64,000 nt of DNA, from assembly GCA_012271015.1 (NCBI GenBank), contig JAAXHD010000056.1, positions 10,115 through 74,114 on the forward strand, in the 5' to 3' direction. The position numbers were made by a program, and so were the translations under genes. This DNA is from Candidatus Poribacteria bacterium. GTDB taxonomy: Bacteria > Poribacteria > WGA-4E > WGA-3G. Shown piece by piece: positions 18,979-27,682 of this stretch; positions within the stretch are counted from its first letter, which is position 1, and each line of letters opens with the position of its first letter. The notes beneath the pieces were generated by a model. The model was not told the DNA's origin. It worked only from the letters and a program-made list of their open reading frames with translations, and ran no database searches.

Positions 18979-19001
18979 GCAAGCCAACAACGGAGGCTTG
19001 C
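18979..19001 (+). repeat. AACAACGG-loop hairpin, copy 5
   Basis: GCAAGCC-AACAACGGA-GGCTTGC, 2 nt upstream of the preferred gcvP ATG (18976). Confidence 0.8.
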
Positions 19002-19066
19002 GGATCTTCATCGAACTTGCTGTTAAACAAACGGCGTAATTTAACGCTTGGCGCATGGATAAAAAG

Positions 19067-19453
19067 TCAAGCATGCTCTGCCTCAATATGTGCATGATAA
19101 CTATCGGCATCAAGAAGGGCATCAAGTTCGCTGGTGTCTGTCATTCTGATTTTGAGAAACCACCCCTCATCATAAGGAGATTCATTGACTTGTTCTGGGG
19201 TATCAAGGAGGGATTCGTTTACCTCAATAACTTCCCCGCTAACAGGGGCATACAGGTCAAATGCGGCTTTGACAGATTCTATCACGCCAAATTCTGTTTT
19301 CTGTGTTAATTGGGTGCCTACTTCAGGTAATTCGACGTAGACAATATCTTGGATTTCAGATTGGGCATAGTCACTGATACCGATAGTGGCAATGTCATCT
19401 TCCTGCTTTGCCCATTCATGGCTTTCCATGTATTTTAAGTTTTCTGGAATCAT
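19067..19453 (-). CDS. gcvH: Glycine cleavage system H protein
   Basis: YMESHEWAK...IGISDYAQSEIQDIVYVELPEVG...ESVKAAFDLYAPVSGEV, including the lipoyl-Lys motif. Confidence 0.93.
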   Translation of the reverse strand: MIPENLKYMESHEWAKQEDDIATIGISDYAQSEIQDIVYVELPEVGTQLTQKTEFGVIESVKAAFDLYAPVSGEVIEVNESLLDTPEQVNESPYDEGWFLKIRMTDTSELDALLDADSYHAHIEAEHA

Positions 19454-19475
19454 ATTTTTAACTATTAAATCTGGT

Positions 19476-19503
19476 CAGCACGGACGATGCCCGTGCTGTT
19501 TTT
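19476..19503 (+). other. GC-rich hairpin in the gcvT-gcvH spacer, terminator-shaped only on the antisense (+) strand
   Basis: CAGCACGG-ACGATGC-CCGTGCTG followed by TTTTT on the plus strand. On the sense strand the A-tract comes first. Confidence 0.4.
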
Positions 19504-19560
19504 CGGTTAAATTAATGCCGAGATTAGGCAGTCTACGCATATTCTATACTCGTAAAAAAA

Positions 19561-20649
19561 TTAAGTTCCTTTTGAAAGAAAAGGGACTTCTACAATCTTC
19601 GCTGGATGTAATTTACCTCGAATTTCTACATCAATTTTTTCATTTTCAGACACCGCTTGTGATTCAATAGAAGCGAAACCTATACTGCATTTAAGACTCG
19701 GTGAAGGGGCACCGCTGGTCACACTACCTACGCGTTCATTACCGTGATAAATCGCATAACCCGCACGTGCTACAGCACGGTCAAGCATTTGAAAGCCTAT
19801 CATCTGTTTCGCAATACCTTTCCGTTTCTGCGCAAAGAGTGCGTTTTTCCCAATAAATTGTCGATTCTTAAATTTGACGAACCGACCCAACCCAACTTCA
19901 AATGGATTCGTGTCATCGTTCATGTCCACACCGTAGAGACGAAGCCCGGCTTCAAGACGTAATGTGTCGCGCGCACCGAGTCCTACGGGTTGCCCTCCAG
20001 CCGCGATGACAGGTGGATACAGAGCAGTCCACAAACGCTCGGCATCCGCTGCAGGAACATACAACTCAAAGCCAACTTCCCCTGTATAACCCGTACGTGA
20101 AATAACAGTAGGGACACCAGCGACCTCACCGGCTGTAAACCGGAAATACGGAATCTCGGAGACATCTCTCTCAGGAACGAAAGGATTCAGAAGGGCTATT
20201 GCCTTTGGCCCCTGCAGTGCGATGAGAGCCGTCTCCTCGGACATGTCTTTTACTTCTGCACCTGTATCGTTACAGGATTCCATCCACGCCAGATCTTTTT
20301 CTATATTGGCGGCATTGACCACCAGCATATAGTGATGATCAGCATGTCGGTAAACGAGTAGGTCGTCGACGATTCCACCTATTTCATTGCAGAATAGGGT
20401 ATACAACACACGCCCATCGCTTAAACGACTCACATCGTTCGTGCTGAGCTTCTGCACCAATTCGTTCGCCCCTTGTCCAGAGACTTCAATCTCTCCCATA
20501 TGCGATAGGTCAAACAAACCGACGATGCTCCGGACAGCCAAATGTTCCGTGACGATGCTGCTATACTGAATGGGCATCTCCCAACCGCCGAATTCGGTGA
20601 ATTTCGCGTTAAGGGACTTATGGACTTGATAAAGGGGCGTTTTCTTCAT
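19561..20649 (-). CDS. gcvT: Aminomethyltransferase (glycine cleavage T protein)
   Basis: MKKTPLYQVHKSLNAKFTEFGGWEMPIQY...GLFDLSHMGEIEVSG. Confidence 0.93.
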   Translation of the reverse strand: MKKTPLYQVHKSLNAKFTEFGGWEMPIQYSSIVTEHLAVRSIVGLFDLSHMGEIEVSGQGANELVQKLSTNDVSRLSDGRVLYTLFCNEIGGIVDDLLVYRHADHHYMLVVNAANIEKDLAWMESCNDTGAEVKDMSEETALIALQGPKAIALLNPFVPERDVSEIPYFRFTAGEVAGVPTVISRTGYTGEVGFELYVPAADAERLWTALYPPVIAAGGQPVGLGARDTLRLEAGLRLYGVDMNDDTNPFEVGLGRFVKFKNRQFIGKNALFAQKRKGIAKQMIGFQMLDRAVARAGYAIYHGNERVGSVTSGAPSPSLKCSIGFASIESQAVSENEKIDVEIRGKLHPAKIVEVPFLSKGT

Positions 20650-20652
20650 TAT

Positions 20653-21405
20653 TTAAAGCCCATAGATACGGGCGAGATTTCCGCCGAAAATCTGTGCTTC
20701 GGCCTCATCGCCGAGTTCCAACCGCTTGAGGGCGTTGATAACCTGAATAGGACGGTACTCAGGTAAATTAGAACCGAAGACTATCTGCTCAGGTCCAAGC
20801 TCGTCAACAGCGGTTTTTACTTCCGTTGGAACAATGGTATCCGGATCCGTCCCCCAACGCCGATGAAAGCGTAAGATAGTCGTCCCCAACGAGATATTTT
20901 TGTTACCTTTTGCGACAGAGATCGCCGAATCTAAATCGTCTGGAAATCCCATGTGATCCATGATAACCGGGGTTTCTGGGACCCAGCTTGCCACAGTCCC
21001 GATCCGGTTCGGATGGCAATTGTTGGGTCCGGAATGAATTGAAACAATAAGTCCGTAATCACGGGCAGCTTCAACGACAGGACGCACAATTTCATCGTCC
21101 ACATCGTAGTTGTGAACTGCCGGCATAAGTTTGATCCCGCGCATTCCCCACGCCTCGGCTGCCAACTTCACCTGTTCAACGGGTTCTGGTTCCGTTGGAT
21201 GCACGAGGGCACAGCCAAGTGCCCGCGAATTACCGCGAATCGCGTCGGCGAGTTCACCATTTTCGGGAAGTGGTTGGGTATTCGGCATAATAACTGCGAC
21301 ATCCATGTCGGCTTCATCCTCTAATACCAACAACGATGCTAAATCAAGCTTCCCATTTTCATCACGAAATGAATCGTTGAGATAGGCTTCAAAATCTCCT
21401 CGCAT
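20653..21405 (-). CDS. Amidohydrolase-2 (TIM-barrel metal-dependent hydrolase) family protein
   Basis: GIKLMP, VSIHSG, IMDHMG, and C-terminal IFGGNLARIYGL, which is typical of the family. The N-terminal HxH motif was not seen. Confidence 0.5.
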   Translation of the reverse strand: MRGDFEAYLNDSFRDENGKLDLASLLVLEDEADMDVAVIMPNTQPLPENGELADAIRGNSRALGCALVHPTEPEPVEQVKLAAEAWGMRGIKLMPAVHNYDVDDEIVRPVVEAARDYGLIVSIHSGPNNCHPNRIGTVASWVPETPVIMDHMGFPDDLDSAISVAKGNKNISLGTTILRFHRRWGTDPDTIVPTEVKTAVDELGPEQIVFGSNLPEYRPIQVINALKRLELGDEAEAQIFGGNLARIYGL

Positions 21406-21428
21406 AAAAAAACTCCTTTTCTGCTCGA

Positions 21429-22508
21429 CTATGGAGCCAAAGACTCGTTCACAAGAATCGGTCCAGTTGTGCCAACTTCAAGAGGCAGTGCCGCTTCCAT
21501 CACGGAATTCCGGTAACTAGTATAGGCAGATTCCGCCGCAGAAGGATCGGAAAAACGGATGATAAACACGATCTGTGCCTCCATCCAATTTTTTAAATCT
21601 GGGTTATCTCGATAGCGAGCGGATACTCCAAGTGCCATATCACTCATTTGTGGCACATTGGCGGGCAATGTGTTGTAAAGCTGACGCAACACCCAATTCG
21701 ATCGGAATAACTTGACACTTCCACTCATCTTATTGCTTGGGAGTAAAGTCAGTAACCCTGGTTCTGCAGCAGGCTCTTTAATCCGTGCGGCGATATTTTT
21801 TGCGAGCATCACCATCGCTTCACGAATACCGGTCGCGAATTCGTAGCCTTCGATCTGAATGAAATATTTCCCTTTTGAAAATCGGAGATACCCACCCGAA
21901 AGGATCGCCTTGCTGCCGACCCACTCAAATTTTACTTGCGGATAGATGTGAAAGTTATAAATCCCAAAGGCATTTTCAGGGGTGTCCATATCGAAAATTT
22001 CGAGCAAAATCAAAGGCTTTGAACCAAATCGAGGTGTTTGATATTCCACCTCCGCTTGCCGCTGGAAGCCGTAAGCATATAACAGATCAGGGGACTCGGC
22101 TCTATCCCGATAGAGGCTTTTGCCTTCGTAGGTTGATGGTGCGCGCGACTGCACCCAATCCAATATGGCACCATCGCCCGGCAAAAGAAACTCAGGCGAA
22201 ATATTTGTTTGTCCATCGTTTTGTGCCGTTAGTGATTCTGTCGATAGTGTCGACGCGCTTCTAATGTTTTCAAAGACTTCCAGCATCGCCTGTTCTGCTC
22301 TCTGCAGTGTAGTACTGTGCCAAACCCCGTAGATATATTCGCCCTCCTGTTGAACGGCTGTCCAATTTCCTTTTTCTTCACTGCACGAGATCAGCACTAT
22401 ATTGCAAAAAAAGGTCATACAAAGCAAAAAACGATGAAGTCTATGAAAAGGACATCCTGTCTTACAGTTCATTCGGGCGAGGCCTCCTACGCAGTGTTCT
22501 GCTACCAC
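21429..22508 (-). CDS. Hypothetical lipoprotein
   Basis: Lipobox-like VLISC followed by SEEKG. No family recognised. The start is uncertain (ATGs at 22508, 22472 and 22418). Confidence 0.45.
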   Translation of the reverse strand: MVAEHCVGGLARMNCKTGCPFHRLHRFLLCMTFFCNIVLISCSEEKGNWTAVQQEGEYIYGVWHSTTLQRAEQAMLEVFENIRSASTLSTESLTAQNDGQTNISPEFLLPGDGAILDWVQSRAPSTYEGKSLYRDRAESPDLLYAYGFQRQAEVEYQTPRFGSKPLILLEIFDMDTPENAFGIYNFHIYPQVKFEWVGSKAILSGGYLRFSKGKYFIQIEGYEFATGIREAMVMLAKNIAARIKEPAAEPGLLTLLPSNKMSGSVKLFRSNWVLRQLYNTLPANVPQMSDMALGVSARYRDNPDLKNWMEAQIVFIIRFSDPSAAESAYTSYRNSVMEAALPLEVGTTGPILVNESLAP

Positions 22509-23017
22509 TGCTCAGCAAGCTGGTTGTAAAGGTCTTCGATCAACTCTTCCACAATAAGCCTTCTGGCTTCTTCAGGGGATTCCATGGGTTCGGCCCGATT
22601 GGGGACAATATAGAAATCGTGAACTTGGAGGTAGTTATCACTTTCCTCAATAATTTGACCCCGGACCCTATCTATAAATTGATACTCTATCTGAAGGGTC
22701 ATCCGTATGAGTTCGACCTCACCATTCGGTCCGAATCCGTGCTCCTTCACATTGTAATCCTGTATCCGCATCGTAAATTCGGCATCGTTGCCGTCTCGCC
22801 ATTTACGATTGAAGCGTTGGGTGAGTTTCTCGTGAATGACTTCATCATTGGGACGCTGGGAGGCATTATCATAAGCAAAATCTGCGTCCAAGATTTCAAT
22901 GGGTGTAATCCGAATAGTTGAGATGTGTTCCAAATACTCCGATTTGGAAACATAACCGCATCCAGAGATCAAAATTAGCAATATCGGTAATATTAAGATG
23001 AACAACGTTTTAGACAT
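22502..23017 (-). CDS. LptE-like outer-membrane lipoprotein (tentative)
   Basis: Signal peptide plus lipobox LILISGCGY. Size and layout resemble LptE. The assignment is by eye only. Confidence 0.35.
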   Translation of the reverse strand: MSKTLFILILPILLILISGCGYVSKSEYLEHISTIRITPIEILDADFAYDNASQRPNDEVIHEKLTQRFNRKWRDGNDAEFTMRIQDYNVKEHGFGPNGEVELIRMTLQIEYQFIDRVRGQIIEESDNYLQVHDFYIVPNRAEPMESPEEARRLIVEELIEDLYNQLAEQW

Positions 23018-23111
23018 TTCTTTCCCCCGAGTTTCTTCGGAAAATGCGATCCAACTGGTGTTCTAAAGTGAGTTTTACGTCTCTTAATTGTCGCGGTTTT
23101 GTCTGTTCCGT

Positions 23112-23372
23112 TTAAAACATCAGACCATTCGTTAGTGCAGGTCGCTGAAACTTTACTGGAGCCGCTTTCGGTCGCGGTGCTGTCTGCTTTCCACCATAAA
23201 ACACAGATTTAACAGTATCAACAACATACCGCTTATAGGTAGGCGACAATAGAACAACAAAGACAAGAACAAGGAGTATTAGAACAACGGCTAAAAAATA
23301 GGTGAGCCATTTCTGATCAAGCAAATCTCCTTTATCAAAGGCATGTTTTGTTAGATTACGTCGTGCTTTCAT
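23112..23372 (-). CDS. Small single-pass membrane protein, hypothetical
   Basis: 86 aa with one strong TM helix (WLTYFLAVVLILLVLVFVVLL). Confidence 0.4.
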   Translation of the reverse strand: MKARRNLTKHAFDKGDLLDQKWLTYFLAVVLILLVLVFVVLLSPTYKRYVVDTVKSVFYGGKQTAPRPKAAPVKFQRPALTNGLMF

Positions 23373-23564
23373 CGGTTTGCCCTCATTTCAGTAGTGTGTT
23401 TTACCTCGTCTATACGAGCGGCTGTATCGTTCTTGTTAAAGATTCGGATTCCTTTATGGTATCCATATTATAGCATAAACACGGGGAACATGCCAAATTT
23501 TTAATTTTCGCTGCCTATAAGTTCAATTGCCTAAAGTCAACTGTATTGAGGCTTCAATATAGAA

Positions 23565-23594
23565 ATAGGGTAAAGGAATCACCCTTCACCCTAT
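23565..23594 (-). terminator. Hairpin downstream of pnp (12-bp stem with one G-U)
   Basis: Minus-sense ATAGGGTGAAGG-GTGATT-CCTTTACCCTAT followed by TTCTATATTG, 40 nt after the pnp stop. Confidence 0.45.
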
Positions 23595-23634
23595 TTTGTG
23601 GTCTATGAAAATTGGTTGTTACAACGCGTTCCTA

Positions 23635-25971
23635 TTACCGAGAACGCCCTTTGGGAATGCGTGGTGAGCGTTGGTTACGGAAGTCACGGGAATTATCTCG
23701 TTGGTCATAGCGATTCCCGCGCCGGTCGCGTGAGTCATTAGAACGCCTATCACGGTCACGGTAGTCACGAGAATCTCGATTATCACGGTAGTTAGAGCGC
23801 CCGCCGGAGTCTCGGGATTCTCTGGAATTATTCCAATCGGATGAGAACTCGCGGTCCTCACTCGATTCAATATTCAGTTCTGCAACAGGCACGCCCCCTG
23901 CGGCAACAAGTGTAAGATCTACGCGATCCTGTTCATCAATAGTGAGAATGCGGACGGTAACCTCGTCACCAACCTGCATAACATCTTCGGCACGGCGGAC
24001 ATACCCATCCCCCATTTGTGAAATATGGACAAGCCCATCCTTACCCGGCAGGATCTCGACAAACGCCCCAAAAGGTGCTGTTCGTACCACTTTACCAGTG
24101 TATTCTTTGCCAATCTCAGGCATAGCGGTGATTGCCCGAATTTGCTCCTCAGCGCGTTTAACATCCTCTGCGCTTGTCGCGGCAATCTCAACAGTTCCAT
24201 CATCTTCGATATTGATGGTCGTGCTTGTCTCCTCTTGGATGCCCTGCACAGTTTTACCCCGCGGACCGATGAGGTCTTTGATTTTCTGCTGTGCAATCTG
24301 GAGGGAGTAAATCCGAGGCGCGTAGGGTGACAATTCCGCACGCGGTTCAGGGATGACAGCGTTCATCTGTTCGATGACCGACAGGCGTGCCTCTCTTGCC
24401 TGATGAATTGCCCGACGCATCAACTCAGGCGTGACACCGGCAATCTTGATGTCCATCTGTATAGCGGTGACACCGTCACTGGTTCCCGCCACTTTGAAGT
24501 CCATATCTCCGAGAAAATCCTCAGTTCCGAGCATATCGGTAAGAATGGCTTCCTGTTCGCCTTCCTTGATAAGACCGACACCGATCCCAGCGACGGGTCT
24601 TTTAAGTGGCACACCTGCATCTAATAGTGCGAGTGTTGCCCCGCAGACGCTTGCCATTGAAGATGAGGCATTAGACTCCAAAATCTCGGAGACAACCCGA
24701 ATGGTATAATGAAATTCTTCTTTATCGGGGATGACCGGTTCAAGAGCCTTTTGCGCGAGTGCCCCGTGCCCGATTTCGCGGCGACCGGGTCCCATCATAC
24801 GTTTGACTTCACCGGTACTGAAAGGTGGGAAGTTATAATGTAAAAAGAAGGCGCGTCTTGCTTCGCCATCAAGTCCGCGCTGGACATCTTCATCACCGGA
24901 TGTACCAAGCGTTGTTACACAGAGTGCTTGTGTTTGCCCCCTGCTGAACAGGGCGGAACCGTGGGTGTGCGGAAGCAATGCAACTTCTCCTGCGATCGGA
25001 CGAATGTCGGCTACACCTCGACCATCAACCCGTTTTCCCTGTGTGAGAATTGCCTCACGCATCTCTTCTTTTTCGATTTCACTTAAGATGGCAATGGTAT
25101 CTTTTGTTGCATTGGGATCGACTTCGTCAGCGGTATCCTCAAGAATTTCTGAGAGCACCTCTTCCTGCACCTGTTCGAGATAATCCTCACGTGCCTTCTT
25201 GTCTGCCATCCCGATGGACTCTCGAATGCGGGAAGTGGCGAGATGCCGGACACGGCTACTGAGGTCAGACTCAACACTTTTAGAGGCATAATCGCGTTTT
25301 GTGTTACTGCAACCAGCAGCCAACCCCTCTTGAAGTTTGATGATCTCTTGTATCTGCTCGTGGGCGGTGATAATTGTGTCAATGACTTCATCTTCAGGAA
25401 TTTCATGCCCACTGCCTTCAACAGACATAACAGCATCAGCCTTGCCACTGACGAACAATTCCATACTTGAGGCGTGTAATTCTTCGTAAGTAGGATTGAT
25501 GATTAATCTGTCTTCAACTTTTCCGACGGTGACAGCAGCGACAGGTCCATCAAAGGGTACATCGGAAATCGACAATGCTGCAGAAGTCCCAATAAGGGCA
25601 GGCACATCCGCAGGATGAATACCATCCGATGAAAACACGTTACATAAAACTTGCACCTCAGCCTTAAACTCCTTTGGAAAGAGAGGGCGGATGCAGTGGT
25701 CAATTAAACGCGCGACCAACTGTTCTGATGTCCCGGGACGTGGCTCGCGCCTACCATAAACTGTTGGGATTCGCCCAGTGGCGTATGCCCTTTCACGATA
25801 ATCCACTGTTAAAGGAAAAAAATCCAGATCTTGTTCAGCATCATCGGCTACCACCGTGACTAAAACAACCGTTCCACCGTATTGCACCCAAACGGCACCA
25901 TCTGCCTGTTTCGCAACTTTTCCGGTTTCAATTGATAACTTCTCGCTCCCAAGTTGCATTTCAACTTTCAT
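23635..25971 (-). CDS. pnp: Polyribonucleotide nucleotidyltransferase (PNPase) with a 76-aa Arg/Asp/Ser-rich C-terminal tail
   Basis: Two RNase PH domains, a KH domain (IGPRGKTVQGIQEET) and an S1 domain (GKVVRTAPFGAFVEILPGKDGLVHISQM). The tail reads ...SRDSGGRSNYRDNRDSRDYRDRDRRSNDSRDRRGNRYDQRDNSRDFRNQRSPRIPKGRSR. Confidence 0.95.
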   Translation of the reverse strand: MKVEMQLGSEKLSIETGKVAKQADGAVWVQYGGTVVLVTVVADDAEQDLDFFPLTVDYRERAYATGRIPTVYGRREPRPGTSEQLVARLIDHCIRPLFPKEFKAEVQVLCNVFSSDGIHPADVPALIGTSAALSISDVPFDGPVAAVTVGKVEDRLIINPTYEELHASSMELFVSGKADAVMSVEGSGHEIPEDEVIDTIITAHEQIQEIIKLQEGLAAGCSNTKRDYASKSVESDLSSRVRHLATSRIRESIGMADKKAREDYLEQVQEEVLSEILEDTADEVDPNATKDTIAILSEIEKEEMREAILTQGKRVDGRGVADIRPIAGEVALLPHTHGSALFSRGQTQALCVTTLGTSGDEDVQRGLDGEARRAFFLHYNFPPFSTGEVKRMMGPGRREIGHGALAQKALEPVIPDKEEFHYTIRVVSEILESNASSSMASVCGATLALLDAGVPLKRPVAGIGVGLIKEGEQEAILTDMLGTEDFLGDMDFKVAGTSDGVTAIQMDIKIAGVTPELMRRAIHQAREARLSVIEQMNAVIPEPRAELSPYAPRIYSLQIAQQKIKDLIGPRGKTVQGIQEETSTTINIEDDGTVEIAATSAEDVKRAEEQIRAITAMPEIGKEYTGKVVRTAPFGAFVEILPGKDGLVHISQMGDGYVRRAEDVMQVGDEVTVRILTIDEQDRVDLTLVAAGGVPVAELNIESSEDREFSSDWNNSRESRDSGGRSNYRDNRDSRDYRDRDRRSNDSRDRRGNRYDQRDNSRDFRNQRSPRIPKGRSR

Positions 25972-26212
25972 TCTATATAATACTCCTGTATTTCCTATTT
26001 ATTTTTTCGTGTCACCAAGTAGAGACATAAAAAAGCGGTTAAGAATAGCCATCACCGGAAAAAAGTCTCGTCGATTTGAGAACAATGCATACAGTCTTTA
26101 AAATATCAGACGATGCTACTGGGACAATTCTCACGGCATTTATTACAAGATACGACTTATTCGTTTCCCGCTTAGCACCGAGACGACAAACTCGCCCGGT
26201 GTCAGTATAAAT

Positions 26213-26503
26213 CTAACTCCTCCTCGATCCGATAGTGTCACGAATTCCGAGTTCATTAATTAAACGGTAATAGCGCGTTGCGTCTTTCTTGTAAAGATAC
26301 CGTAACAAGCGGCGCTGCTTGCCAACCAATCGGAAAAGTCCATGGCGCGAATGATAGTCCTTTCGGTGTGTCCGAAAATGTTCAGTTAACTGTTGAATAC
26401 GCGCATTCAAAATTGCCACTTGCGTCTCCGGGGAACCAGTGTCTTGTTGGTGCATCTGGTACTGTTGGATCAATTCCTTCTTCTCTGCTGCATCAATTGC
26501 CAA
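26213..26503 (-). CDS. rpsO: 30S ribosomal protein S15
   Basis: [54 protein letters not shown] start with SD AAAGGAGGTG 7 nt upstream. Confidence 0.93.
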   Translation of the reverse strand: MAIDAAEKKELIQQYQMHQQDTGSPETQVAILNARIQQLTEHFRTHRKDYHSRHGLFRLVGKQRRLLRYLYKKDATRYYRLINELGIRDTIGSRRS

Positions 26504-26689
26504 TTGCGTTCACCTCCTTTTGGTCGAACAACCAATTTTTGTAAAACATATATGGAATAAAAACTCAATCGTATCGGGAGATCGCTCTCCCTCTATCTAT
26601 ATTTGATACATATATAATATCACAAACCAACCCAAATTTCAAATTAAACTCACAACCCCACGGCGGCACCTAAGTTTAAGCGGCATCAT

Positions 26690-27682
26690 CTATGAGGTGG
26701 TAGACGCAGCGAGAATCTCTGTCGCGGCTGCGATATCGCGCTGTATTTGTTGAATCAGAAATTCAGGGTTTGGGAATTTCCGTTCACTTCTAATCTTCTC
26801 TACGAGGAATATTTCTATCGGTTTACCATAGATGATTTCATCAAAATTGAAGAAGTGTCCCTCCACCTGAATATTGACACCGTTGAACGTAGGGCGTATT
26901 CCGATGTTCAATACCCCATCTAACCACCGTTCCTCCAACTTTGCACGGACCGCATAAACACCATTAGGCGGGTAAACTTGATTCTGGGTCTCTATATTCG
27001 CGGTAGGGAACCCAATTTGCCTTCCACGACCATCGCCATGAACGACATTACCGATCAAAGAATAGGGACGTCCCAACAACTGTAAACTCCGCTCAAGATC
27101 ACCTTGTGCGAGTGCTTCTCGGATACGAGTGCTATGGACTGAGGCACCATCTACCTCCGTAGGTGGAACAATAGAAACATCGAAGGGATACCCTTGGCTA
27201 AGCACCACCAATCGCTCTGCATTCCCAGCACGATCTTTGCCAAATTGGCAAGCATATCCGACAACAACATGCCTCGCTCGACATTTCTCTAAGAGCACAT
27301 ATTCCACAAAGGATTCAGGAGACATTGATGCAATCTGGGCGTCAAAACTGAGCATGATAATTTCATCAATGCCAAATTGTTGAAGTATTTCGACGCGCTT
27401 GGAGAGGGGTGTCAGGAGAGGTGGACATCGTTCTGGGGCAAGGAAGGCAAGTGGATGCGGGTAAAAACCGACCAATACACTCATCAAGTTCTCGTGTGCA
27501 GCGCGTTTCAGAAGGGTCTTAATAACCGCTTGGTGTCCAAGATGGATACCGTCAAACACACCAAAAGTGACAGCAGTCTCCCTATCGAATTCAACTATGT
27601 CGTTTAAACTACAAGATGTGGTTGCGATCTGTAGATCGCTTCCACTACCGGAATTTTCCACGTTCCTCAATCCTTTTGACAA
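26690..27682 (-). CDS. ribF: Bifunctional riboflavin kinase / FMN adenylyltransferase
   Basis: VTFGVFDGIHLGHQAVI, and the riboflavin-kinase part GDGRGRQIGFPTANI...GIRPTF. Confidence 0.9.
   Translation of the reverse strand: MSKGLRNVENSGSGSDLQIATTSCSLNDIVEFDRETAVTFGVFDGIHLGHQAVIKTLLKRAAHENLMSVLVGFYPHPLAFLAPERCPPLLTPLSKRVEILQQFGIDEIIMLSFDAQIASMSPESFVEYVLLEKCRARHVVVGYACQFGKDRAGNAERLVVLSQGYPFDVSIVPPTEVDGASVHSTRIREALAQGDLERSLQLLGRPYSLIGNVVHGDGRGRQIGFPTANIETQNQVYPPNGVYAVRAKLEERWLDGVLNIGIRPTFNGVNIQVEGHFFNFDEIIYGKPIEIFLVEKIRSERKFPNPEFLIQQIQRDIAAATEILAASTTS

Noticed and set aside
20650-23634. Glycine riboswitch or another leader upstream of the gcv genes
   Set aside because: The genes are packed with 3-100 nt gaps, and I saw none of the glycine-riboswitch core sequences. 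This has not been verified with a covariance model.
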